Positions 1-8,146 of a stretch of 26,014 nt of DNA are shown here, one piece after another. Source of the stretch: a virus (taxonomy: Duplodnaviria; Caudoviricetes); IMG/VR virus record IMGVR_UViG_3300014169_000134, positions 1-26,014 of that record; one strand, 5' to 3'. Within the stretch, counting starts at the first letter, position 1. Each line of letters begins with the position of its first letter. A program made the translations under genes and the position numbers. The notes beneath the pieces are model-generated. The model was not told the DNA's origin and searched no databases. It saw only the letters and a list, made by a program, of their open reading frames with translations.

Positions 1-830
1 GGCAACTGCGAGAGTTGGTCCGGCCAGCGTTGGGAAGGAGCCATCGTAAAAGCGCCCGCGCTGGTCGAATCTCCCTCCGCCACATAGTTGCAGTTGCTAC
101 CCGTGCAAATGCTTGTCGGCGAGTTTCCGTTAGGCGTTCCGCATCCCGTCCCATCTGGTTTTACATAAGTGCCTGCGGTGCAGTTAGAACTAGTCAAAGT
201 GAGTGTTGTAGCGTCTAGAGTTCCAGCAGTTATTGTCCCAGGACAATTTATATTTCCAGTAGCTCCTGTGCAACCAGTAGAAGTAAATGTACTACAAGCC
301 CAAACAATTCCATTATTATATCGTTGGCAACTCATAGGTACATTGTAATAAGTACCACCTACGGGGGTAGTTAGTGTCGTTTCAATATCTGAATATCCAT
401 AATGTCCAGCTACTGCGGTAAAACGAGGAGCTATTATAGCTGCATTTACTTGGGTAGAAAGATTCTGGGTAGCGCCTGCTGCTGTGAAGTTTATAGTTCC
501 ACAAGGGGCAGTAGCATTTGGACATATAGTAAGACTCCAAGTGCTTCCTCCAGGAGAGATTACTCCATTTTGATAAGCATTAGTATTAAAAGAACCTGTC
601 CCATCCAATGCTCCACCTTGAGTTAGAAGAGAAGGAGTAAGAGGAGTTCCATTTATGTTATATACATTGATATTAGGAGTTGAGTAATTAGGAATAAATT
701 GTAAAGTCCAACTTCCTCCTGCCCAGATTTGTCCATCGGAATCTACTACAGTAGCACTTATAGTAGTTGTTTGTGCATTTATCACAGTTGAGAAAAAACA
801 GAAAATAAATAAAGCAAGAAACTTCTTCAC
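1..830 (-). CDS. Secreted Cys/Thr/Gly-rich protein running into an SGNH/GDSL hydrolase domain (candidate tail spike or receptor-binding esterase); truncated by the window edge
   Basis: Not in the ORF track. GTG at 830 with AGGAGG RBS at 836-841, open for 276 codons to the edge: MKKFLALFIFCFFSTVINA|QTTTISATVVDSDGQ...CNYVAEGDSTSAGAFTMAPSQRWPDQLSQL. Sec-type signal peptide; the GDS motif (66-74) followed by W-P-x-x-L matches SGNH block I. Confidence 0.85.
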   Translation of the reverse strand, partial: MKKFLALFIFCFFSTVINAQTTTISATVVDSDGQIWAGGSWTLQFIPNYSTPNINVYNINGTPLTPSLLTQGGALDGTGSFNTNAYQNGVISPGGSTWSLTICPNATAPCGTINFTAAGATQNLSTQVNAAIIAPRFTAVAGHYGYSDIETTLTTPVGGTYYNVPMSCQRYNNGIVWACSTFTSTGCTGATGNINCPGTITAGTLDATTLTLTSSNCTAGTYVKPDGTGCGTPNGNSPTSICTGSNCNYVAEGDSTSAGAFTMAPSQRWPDQLSQL

Positions 831-842
831 TTAATCCTCCTT

Positions 843-941
843 TTATCCTAACCCAGGAAGCATTGGCTCAGTTTCAGTCCACCATGCTAGTTCAAAACAT
901 GGATAGCTACAATGAAAATAGCCTAAGATAGAACGTCTCAT
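843..941 (-). CDS. Small hypothetical peptide, 32 aa (MRRSILGYFHCSYPCFELAWWTETEPMLPGLG)
   Basis: The ATG overlaps the upstream TGA (ATGA coupling) and the stop lies just before the RBS of the next gene, filling the gap exactly. Short, so it could be chance. Confidence 0.5.
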   Translation of the reverse strand: MRRSILGYFHCSYPCFELAWWTETEPMLPGLG

Positions 942-2245
942 AACCAGCCCCAGTCTTGAAGTTGCTCATATCGACGTTGAGTAGATTTCTTCAAATCAGT
1001 CCGAAGTTGCATATTAGGAATCTGTATTCTTTTCAGCCTAGATTCAAGCTGGGCAAAAACTGCATCAATAGAATGCGCCGCACTAAGCACAGCTCCTATA
1101 TAGCCATAGTTTCCACTTGTCTCTAGTTTCTTTGAACCATTAATCATCGCATCAAAAAGATAAGTCTCAGTTAGCTGTGCTAAATCTTCAGGATCTATCC
1201 CTTCTATTGGAATTCCTTTAGCCTTAGGAATCCTTATCTCAGTTGGATAAGGAGGAATGCTAAGAGTAACAGCAGCACCGAAAGAGCCTCCTCCCCATTT
1301 AATATCAGGATTCTTCCCAGAGACTATGTCTAAAAGAAGTTCCCCATATCCTGAGCCATACATAGTAGCGATAGTAGGACAGCACAAATACCCAAAACGA
1401 GGAGTCCACTCGAGTCCATAAACAGTATCCTCCGTTACTATAGTATTTAAGTCAATAATTCCCCTAAAGCCGCTGTTCTTAAGGAATTCTTTGGCTTTAA
1501 ATAAACCTTCTTTAAAAATATGCATCTCATCATGCATTGCGAAGATTAAGTTCCCTGAACATCCTGTATTAGGCCCTTTATTATCATTCATAAACTTCTT
1601 CTCTTCTAGAGTTCCAGTGATTAAGAAGAAGTCTTCTCCATTAAAGAAAGCCTCAGTTCCTATCTCTTCTCCTTTAACAAATTCTTGAAGAATAAAAGGA
1701 GCATGTTTAGCAGCATCGAAAAGAGGGTCAATAAACTCAATAAGATCAGCCGCGCTCTTAGAAACATAGGTCGTGGCTGTGTCCTGAGTTGTGCCTCCCT
1801 CTGTAAAAGGTTTAAATACATACGGTCTGTCATTCTTACGCAGAAAAGCTTTAGCCTCAGAGGGTGTGTTAAATCGGGTATAGGATGGGACATTTATACC
1901 ACATTCCTCCATTGATTTTATTCCAAATTCTCTATCATCTTCGAGAAGGTGCTCTAGAGTTCCATCTCCAAGAGTAGGAACTTCGTTTCTCGAAGAATCA
2001 GCTTGCTTAGGTCTTCCAGTTAAATCAAAAAGACTTAAATCATAGTTTTTATAGGAGGGAAATCCATAGCCTAAGAGATGCCTCCGATGATCTAAAGGCG
2101 TGAGCATCGGAGGCTTTATTAGTCCTTTAAGAACATCTTCATATTCAGGTTTAGAAAGGAAATAATCTACATCATGGCCTTCTGCGGCAAGCCGTAGGCT
2201 CCACCAAGCTCCCATTCCTGTGTATGAAGAAAGTGCTATTTTCAT
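938..2245 (-). CDS. PurD (GAR synthetase)-fold ATP-grasp ligase with a divergent active site
   Basis: Collinear with PurD motifs: LEDDREFGIK...GINVP...AKAFL...PYVFK; FILQEFVKGEE; EKKF...GPNTGCSG (PurD GPNTGGMG); GIID...LEWTPRFGY (PurD EFNxRFGDPE); IPPYP; C-terminal RTDL. Confidence 0.85.
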   Translation of the reverse strand: MKIALSSYTGMGAWWSLRLAAEGHDVDYFLSKPEYEDVLKGLIKPPMLTPLDHRRHLLGYGFPSYKNYDLSLFDLTGRPKQADSSRNEVPTLGDGTLEHLLEDDREFGIKSMEECGINVPSYTRFNTPSEAKAFLRKNDRPYVFKPFTEGGTTQDTATTYVSKSAADLIEFIDPLFDAAKHAPFILQEFVKGEEIGTEAFFNGEDFFLITGTLEEKKFMNDNKGPNTGCSGNLIFAMHDEMHIFKEGLFKAKEFLKNSGFRGIIDLNTIVTEDTVYGLEWTPRFGYLCCPTIATMYGSGYGELLLDIVSGKNPDIKWGGGSFGAAVTLSIPPYPTEIRIPKAKGIPIEGIDPEDLAQLTETYLFDAMINGSKKLETSGNYGYIGAVLSAAHSIDAVFAQLESRLKRIQIPNMQLRTDLKKSTQRRYEQLQDWGWL

Positions 2246-2251
2246 TCTGTC

Positions 2252-2404
2252 CTACTTTCCTTGATGTGCAGCTTTCTCACAGATTTCAGGATGTCCTTGG
2301 CCTTTTCCTTTAGGGCCTTGGTGATTATCATTCATGCTAGTTTGAATCCTCTCTTGCATCTTCTTCGCTTCTGCAAGAGAAAGGGAGGCTGATTGACCAC
2401 TCAT
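2252..2404 (-). CDS. Small hypothetical peptide, 50 aa (MSGQSASLSLAEAKKMQERIQTSMNDNHQGPKGKGQGHPEICEKAAHQGK)
   Basis: Not in the track. ATG at 2404 with GGAG upstream, TAG at 2252-2254, 6 nt before the ligase start; fills the intergenic gap. Confidence 0.75.
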   Translation of the reverse strand: MSGQSASLSLAEAKKMQERIQTSMNDNHQGPKGKGQGHPEICEKAAHQGK

Positions 2405-2431
2405 TTAAAGACTCCATTCTGCGCTATGCGC

Positions 2432-4237
2432 TTAGTTAGTTGTATCTTTTGGAGGAAAAAGCTGATTTCCTATGATAGAACCAGCTCCAGGAATTGTCTG
2501 TTGGAGTACATCTTTAGCTAAAGGTTTTATATTTCTTCTCCCACCTTTAGCTGGTTTAGTTGCATAGTTAATAACATCTTGGCCAGTCCGAACTGCACTT
2601 CCTGCGATTGGCCCCATTAAGGCTAAAGCTAAGCGATCTCCATGTGCTGCATTTAAGAAAGAATGCATTGTTCCCCAGGAGCCAAAGTAAGAAAGAAGAT
2701 CAAGATATTCACCTGTAAATTGAGCTGTTTCTCCAGGATTACTAAGCTTCTTATAATCATCTTCTAAGCTTTGAGAAGCTTGTTTTAAAGAAGCTGTTCT
2801 AGCTAGAAGTTCAGCACTTTTAAGCATAGGAGCTACAGTAGGAAAGAGTAAACCAACTGTTCCAGCGTATCTTGCTATTCCTACATAATCTCCTGAATCA
2901 AGCATTTTTTGAAGCTCTCTACGCATAAAAGCCTGCTGAAAGGTAACATATCCATGAAACATAGTAAGCATTCTAGTCCATGGATTTTTAGTTGCAAGAA
3001 GAGAACGATCCATTGTTCTATCTATGAAGGCTCTATTATTGGTAAAATAAAACATAGCCTGGCTCTTTTCTTCTGTAGTTAACTGCCCCCCTCTTTTAAG
3101 AATATCTCCTACATTAAGTCCTAGTTCTTTAAGCTCGGCTATTGATCTCTTATCTCCTTTCATAGCTCCTTCAGCCCAGTATAAAGCACTATGATAGCCT
3201 ATAACTGCGGCTGTTCTAAGCTGCATATTCCGAACGAAATTAAATCCTGGGTTATGAAATAGCTTATCCCATAAGACTCCCACTTCAGGTTTTCCTAGTT
3301 TAGAGCTTATAATTCCAAACCTAGCTTCTATCTCAGAGTTAAGAATATGATGCATCTGTGAACCAAATATACCACTTGATTCTACTAACTGCTTTATCTC
3401 AGGATCACTCATTTGAGTCATAGATTTCATTATAGCAGTTAATGGAGCTTGAGAGTAGTTAAAGAAAGTACTCATGTGATTAATAGCAATCATAGGAGCT
3501 AAATACCATCGTACACGCTGAGAGGCAAATTTCTCTATCTCATTTGACTTCTCATACACATGAGATACATTAAAATTCTTTATATAACCAGGAAGCTCTT
3601 TTCCTTCTTGCCTGTATAATAGGGTAATAGCTTTCTTTATATCTAATTTAGTAATTGATTTTTTAACTCCTTCACTTTCAATAGTATCATGAAATTGATT
3701 AGCTAATATATTAAGCATCGTATCTGCATGAGAATGAAGAGTTGGATTTCCATTTTCATAAAGTGGCATTATATCTCCTACTAGATTAGCATTATTCTCA
3801 CCAAATACTTGAGTCTTAGCTAAGAGAGAAGCTTGTCCTCTAGCTTTCTGAGTCATTTGTTGAATACTTAAAGTAGCATTCTTAGGATCAGCTTTTAAAA
3901 GTTCTCCTGATGCCGAAGAAGCAGAATGATTTATTGACTGAAGATGCGAATGAACAGCAGAAAGTGGAGCCTTTAACATCTGTGGATCAGAATGAACCGC
4001 TTGATCTATAGTTTTAAGTGGCTTCATTAATCCTTCTAGGATTTTATTCTTTTGAAAAGTATATTGATCCATCTTTCCAAGAATAGAAGCCCCTTGAGGA
4101 GTACGAGTAAATTCAGTTCTCTGTGAGGAGAAGGCTTCCATAAACTGAGAGCCTATTTCACTTGGACGCAGCTTCTCAGTTATAGTAGAGCCTATATTCC
4201 TGAGTAGATTTCCAGTAGCTTCAGCTAATCCTCCCAT
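2432..4237 (-). CDS. Putative internal virion/DNA ejection protein, 601 aa
   Basis: Helical protein with hydrophobic Gly-rich C-terminal segments (RMLTMFHGY, ARYAGTVGLLFP, LMGPIAGS, QTIPGAG) like the C-terminus of large podoviral ejection proteins; last of four such genes; TAATG coupling and GAAGGAG RBS. Confidence 0.6.
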   Translation of the reverse strand: MGGLAEATGNLLRNIGSTITEKLRPSEIGSQFMEAFSSQRTEFTRTPQGASILGKMDQYTFQKNKILEGLMKPLKTIDQAVHSDPQMLKAPLSAVHSHLQSINHSASSASGELLKADPKNATLSIQQMTQKARGQASLLAKTQVFGENNANLVGDIMPLYENGNPTLHSHADTMLNILANQFHDTIESEGVKKSITKLDIKKAITLLYRQEGKELPGYIKNFNVSHVYEKSNEIEKFASQRVRWYLAPMIAINHMSTFFNYSQAPLTAIMKSMTQMSDPEIKQLVESSGIFGSQMHHILNSEIEARFGIISSKLGKPEVGVLWDKLFHNPGFNFVRNMQLRTAAVIGYHSALYWAEGAMKGDKRSIAELKELGLNVGDILKRGGQLTTEEKSQAMFYFTNNRAFIDRTMDRSLLATKNPWTRMLTMFHGYVTFQQAFMRRELQKMLDSGDYVGIARYAGTVGLLFPTVAPMLKSAELLARTASLKQASQSLEDDYKKLSNPGETAQFTGEYLDLLSYFGSWGTMHSFLNAAHGDRLALALMGPIAGSAVRTGQDVINYATKPAKGGRRNIKPLAKDVLQQTIPGAGSIIGNQLFPPKDTTN

Positions 4238-6921
4238 TAGTTAACTCCTTCTCTTCGCTTGAACTCTCTAACCATCTTAATACTAAGAGCAAGCAACTTC
4301 TCTTTTCCACTCATCGCAGCTTGCATCTGCTGGGAGTAAAAGGAGTTTATAGCTGTTATATACTGAGTCTTTGCATCCTTTGTAACTTGAGAATCCCCAG
4401 GATAGTATTTATCTGCTAGTTTTATATCTCTATCCCATGTATTCTTTACTAAATCCACTTGCCAAGTAGTTTTATTCCTCAAAGTTGGCTGGGTGGATCT
4501 GAAGATATTTTTCTCACCTAAATCTCTGTACCACGTAGAACGCATGAACATATCTACGTGATTATTCATAGCTAGGCCAAAATGCTCAAGCTTATCTGGG
4601 GTTATCTTTGCTCCGAGAATAGCTTTCATCTTAGGGCTCTCTACTAGAAGTTCCTCTAACTTCTTAAATACAGGCTTTGGAAGCTGTTCCCTGTAGTGAT
4701 AGAGAAAGCCTAGAAAATTAGTATAATCTCCTCCTTGAGCTTCTCCTTTTTCAAAATGTAATCCAGCCTTTTTAAGAGGATTAAAATATTTATACATATC
4801 ATGTGCAAAACCTTTAACTTCACCTTCTATAGAACCTTCATGGAAATTAGCAAACTCTTCCCAAAAAGCATCATTTGCTTTTGTGGATTTTTTCCAGCCT
4901 CTTTTTTCAGCTAAGGAAGAAGCTGCTTTATTCCAGTCAAAATTAGCTTCAGCAAGCGGAGCTTCAGCTTTAGGAGCTTCAGCTTTAGTTGGCCCAGTCT
5001 CATTCTTAGCTTCTTCAGCTTTTTTAATAAATTCCATTCTTCTCTTAACTATAATCTTCTCAGCATTCTTCTTCGCTACTGCCTGAGCTTTCTTTACCCC
5101 ATCTGAAATATCCTTATAAAGAACTTGTGCTTTAGCTAACTCAGCTTCAAATACTTGCTTATATTCAGCTTGCCCCTGCTCAGTCTTAGCTGAATCACCT
5201 GCCATTTTAGTAGCCGCTGCTTCTTGCATATCTGGAACGTTCTTATTTAATTCCTCTGCTGCTTGATTAACTTGCTCATGCAAAAAATTAATCAAACCAA
5301 GAAACTCCTTCTCATGTGCTTCTGGATTCTTTACTATCTCAGTACTAAGCCCCTTAGATTTAAGATAACTCATAATTAAGGTTAAGCCTGAAAAAACTGG
5401 TTTCCAATGAGCTGGGTCTTTAGCTTCAGCTTTTTTCATAAAAGCTTTAGCTTCAGGCTCATTAGACCACTCACCCCATGCAGCTATATGATCTAAAGAT
5501 TCCTGAAGAATAGCATGTTGCAGAGTTATTCCTCCAGCAGCTATATTACCACTCATCTGTTTCCTATGAGCTTGAAGATATTCTTCAGCATTAGCTGGGC
5601 GAAATCCTTGAATTGCAAGAGCATGGGTTTGTTCCCTTTCCTTAAAAGCATCCTTCTCTACTCCTTCTGGAAGAATATCTCCTAGCTTTCCACTCTTTCC
5701 TTTGAAAGAGAATAGAGTGCCCATAGCAGCAAAGGAAAGAGCATCCTGCCATGCATTTTGTTTATCCCCAGTCTCTCTAGTAAGAGTTCCCCAGGTTAAT
5801 CCTTCTGTTCCATAGGTTAGCAGCCTGGATGCTATTTGGCCACTCTTAGTAGCTCCTAAAGTTTCAGTTAAATTTCCTATAATTGGAACTCCTTCAGCTC
5901 CAGCTTTAACAAGACCAATCCCAAGTTCAGTGGCTTGTGAAACACCCATGAACATAGGGAGTAAAAGTGCATTCTCTGCTACAAAGGAAGTAACTTTTTC
6001 TGTAAAAGTCCTATTAGGAGTAACATCATGCCAGAAAGAGGTATAATCTGCTATTCCTTTATTATATTTCGATAAAGCTCCTAAGATCGGAGCTTTTTCT
6101 CCTGTTTCCTCAATCGCTTTAAATACTCCATCCTTAGCTACTCTATTATGCATATTCATATAAAGATTATAAAACCCAGTCAAACCTGAATAATCTTTAT
6201 TCTTAACTGAATCAGCTATTGATACTAGAGGTAAGCCTAAGACATTGGAGATAAAGGACGCAGCACGAGCAGCAGGAGCTATTACTCCAGGGATAGACTC
6301 AATTAATCCATGAACAAAAGGAGAATGATAAGACTGTGCTGGATCATACTTGAGAGCCTGGCCATAAGCTTGAATCATCCATATTTTTTTACTTAAAGGA
6401 GGAGCTTTCATTCTCTGATACATAGGAGCTAATACGTTATCATAATATTGAGAAGCAGCTTCTCTTTTCTCCCCTTCGCTCTTTCCTAATAAAGAAGAAG
6501 CAGCTTGTTGCCAGTGACTCAGGCTATTAGTCAATCCATCAAAAGGATCTTCAAATAAAAAAGGATTAAGCGATGTATCCTTTACAGCATTAATCTTCTC
6601 ATTCCTAGCGAGAGAGTTAATACTTGAATACTTTTGCTTAATCTGATAAATCTGGGCTTCGTGCTCTGCACCAGCGATGCTTTCTTGCATCGCTGCTCTC
6701 GCTCTAGTCTGAGGGTTGCTTTGCTGCTGGATGAAGTGTGTCTCTGAAGGCCTCTGCTCCTTTTCTATCAAGGGTCTTGAGAGTTTGCCCGAATTCTCCA
6801 AGTCCAAAAATTGACTTGACAAGGAGCCTGTCAATGGTAGGGGTATTTGAGTCGAAGGCTCTGTTTTTGAAGGGATTAATGTCTGGTCCTGCTTTGCTTG
6901 TTCCTGTATTACTTGAGCCAT
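4237..6921 (-). CDS. Putative internal virion/ejection protein, 894 aa
   Basis: Large Ala/Glu/Lys-rich helical protein with Gly-rich hydrophobic stretches; GGAGG RBS; located after the tail genes. Confidence 0.55.
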   Translation of the reverse strand: MAQVIQEQAKQDQTLIPSKTEPSTQIPLPLTGSLSSQFLDLENSGKLSRPLIEKEQRPSETHFIQQQSNPQTRARAAMQESIAGAEHEAQIYQIKQKYSSINSLARNEKINAVKDTSLNPFLFEDPFDGLTNSLSHWQQAASSLLGKSEGEKREAASQYYDNVLAPMYQRMKAPPLSKKIWMIQAYGQALKYDPAQSYHSPFVHGLIESIPGVIAPAARAASFISNVLGLPLVSIADSVKNKDYSGLTGFYNLYMNMHNRVAKDGVFKAIEETGEKAPILGALSKYNKGIADYTSFWHDVTPNRTFTEKVTSFVAENALLLPMFMGVSQATELGIGLVKAGAEGVPIIGNLTETLGATKSGQIASRLLTYGTEGLTWGTLTRETGDKQNAWQDALSFAAMGTLFSFKGKSGKLGDILPEGVEKDAFKEREQTHALAIQGFRPANAEEYLQAHRKQMSGNIAAGGITLQHAILQESLDHIAAWGEWSNEPEAKAFMKKAEAKDPAHWKPVFSGLTLIMSYLKSKGLSTEIVKNPEAHEKEFLGLINFLHEQVNQAAEELNKNVPDMQEAAATKMAGDSAKTEQGQAEYKQVFEAELAKAQVLYKDISDGVKKAQAVAKKNAEKIIVKRRMEFIKKAEEAKNETGPTKAEAPKAEAPLAEANFDWNKAASSLAEKRGWKKSTKANDAFWEEFANFHEGSIEGEVKGFAHDMYKYFNPLKKAGLHFEKGEAQGGDYTNFLGFLYHYREQLPKPVFKKLEELLVESPKMKAILGAKITPDKLEHFGLAMNNHVDMFMRSTWYRDLGEKNIFRSTQPTLRNKTTWQVDLVKNTWDRDIKLADKYYPGDSQVTKDAKTQYITAINSFYSQQMQAAMSGKEKLLALSIKMVREFKRREGVN

Positions 6922-8131
6922 TACTTGATCCTCCTGCTTGAGGAGTTACTGAGATTTGAGGAACTGTAAGTTGCTGAATATCAACTCCTGCTGTTTTAGC
7001 AAGGAAATTTCTTTCAGCAGTAAATGCTCTTTCCGCTGCTGCTGCTCCTGCATCTATTCTTGATTGTTGACCCCTAAGAGAAGTAATTAGATTCTGATTA
7101 GCTGAACCTGTTCCTAGTTTTGCTATTTGAGCAGCTATATCAATCGAATCTTTAGAAGCCTTATCCATTGCATCTGCATAGTCTTTAGATGCAGTCTCAT
7201 AAGCTTTCATTAACTCAGCTGGGTTTGAATCTTTAGCTGCTTGATTCGCTCTTTCAAGAGAAGATTTATACCCTGCTAGTTTATACTCATCATTAAATCT
7301 TTGATGCTCAAGCTCAAGTGCTTTATTAGCTGCTTCTCTCTCAGTATATAACCTTGAAATAGCATCTATATCAGCCTTGGTAATCTCTCCCTGAGCACGT
7401 GTATAAGTTGAGATATAAGGAATAATAGCTTTGAATGTTTCTATCTTTGCTTTCTGTGCTTCCTGAGCCGCTTGATACTGAGCAATAGCTTGCTGATTCG
7501 GTTGCATTTGTGTAGGAGTCTTTTGATTAAACTGTTCAGCCCAATCAGCATGTTCTGTAGCCATTTTCTTACCTTGAGCTACCCCCTGATGCTCTAGAGT
7601 ATCATTAGCCTTAGGATCAGTAAAATCAATATTCATTCCCTTTGCTATGGCTTTTCTAATCTTATCATTCGAGAGAATCCCATTCATCACACTCTTATTC
7701 CTCTCCATTGCAGCTTTAGCATCTGCATTAGAGGGATCTTGTTTTACTAACTGCGCTGCTTGATCATAAGCTTGCTGTGCAGTTAGAAGCTGCTGAGTAG
7801 CTGAGGCTACTTCAAGTTTCTTCTTATTATCCAGTGCAGTCTCAGTAGAAGCAAGAGCATGAACCACCCCACGAACAGCATTCCCTATTCCCTGAGCACG
7901 AGCATTTCCTCTTCCTACTACATCTCTATTATCCATTTGCATCGGTGCTAAAGTCTTTGGTCCCTGTTGCATCGTAAGAGGCATTTGTGTTACATGCCCG
8001 CCAGGAATAGGAGTTGCTGCTTTCTTTGCTAATTCTCCAAGTTGTGCTTGATTAGAACCTAATACAGACTGCATAATAGCAGCTATATCAGGAGCTCCAC
8101 CTCCAGCGGATGGGATTGTTGCATCTGCCAT
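6704..8131 (-). CDS. Putative internal virion/ejection protein, 475 aa
   Basis: Ala/Gln-rich coiled-coil character with a GIGNAVRG motif; AGGAG RBS; synteny. Confidence 0.55.
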   Translation of the reverse strand: MADATIPSAGGGAPDIAAIMQSVLGSNQAQLGELAKKAATPIPGGHVTQMPLTMQQGPKTLAPMQMDNRDVVGRGNARAQGIGNAVRGVVHALASTETALDNKKKLEVASATQQLLTAQQAYDQAAQLVKQDPSNADAKAAMERNKSVMNGILSNDKIRKAIAKGMNIDFTDPKANDTLEHQGVAQGKKMATEHADWAEQFNQKTPTQMQPNQQAIAQYQAAQEAQKAKIETFKAIIPYISTYTRAQGEITKADIDAISRLYTEREAANKALELEHQRFNDEYKLAGYKSSLERANQAAKDSNPAELMKAYETASKDYADAMDKASKDSIDIAAQIAKLGTGSANQNLITSLRGQQSRIDAGAAAAERAFTAERNFLAKTAGVDIQQLTVPQISVTPQAGGSSNGSSNTGTSKAGPDINPFKNRAFDSNTPTIDRLLVKSIFGLGEFGQTLKTLDRKGAEAFRDTLHPAAKQPSD

Positions 8132-8146
8132 TTTAATCTCCTCTTT

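Noticed and set aside
938-2245. Assigning purD as a purine auxiliary metabolic gene
   Set aside because: The substrate motifs are altered and the context is structural, so the gene symbol is withheld.
2432-8131. Virion RNA polymerase or lytic transglycosylase within the ejection proteins
   Set aside because: No DxDGD, T7-type polymerase or clear lysozyme motif is visible; the DPFDG string is not a match.
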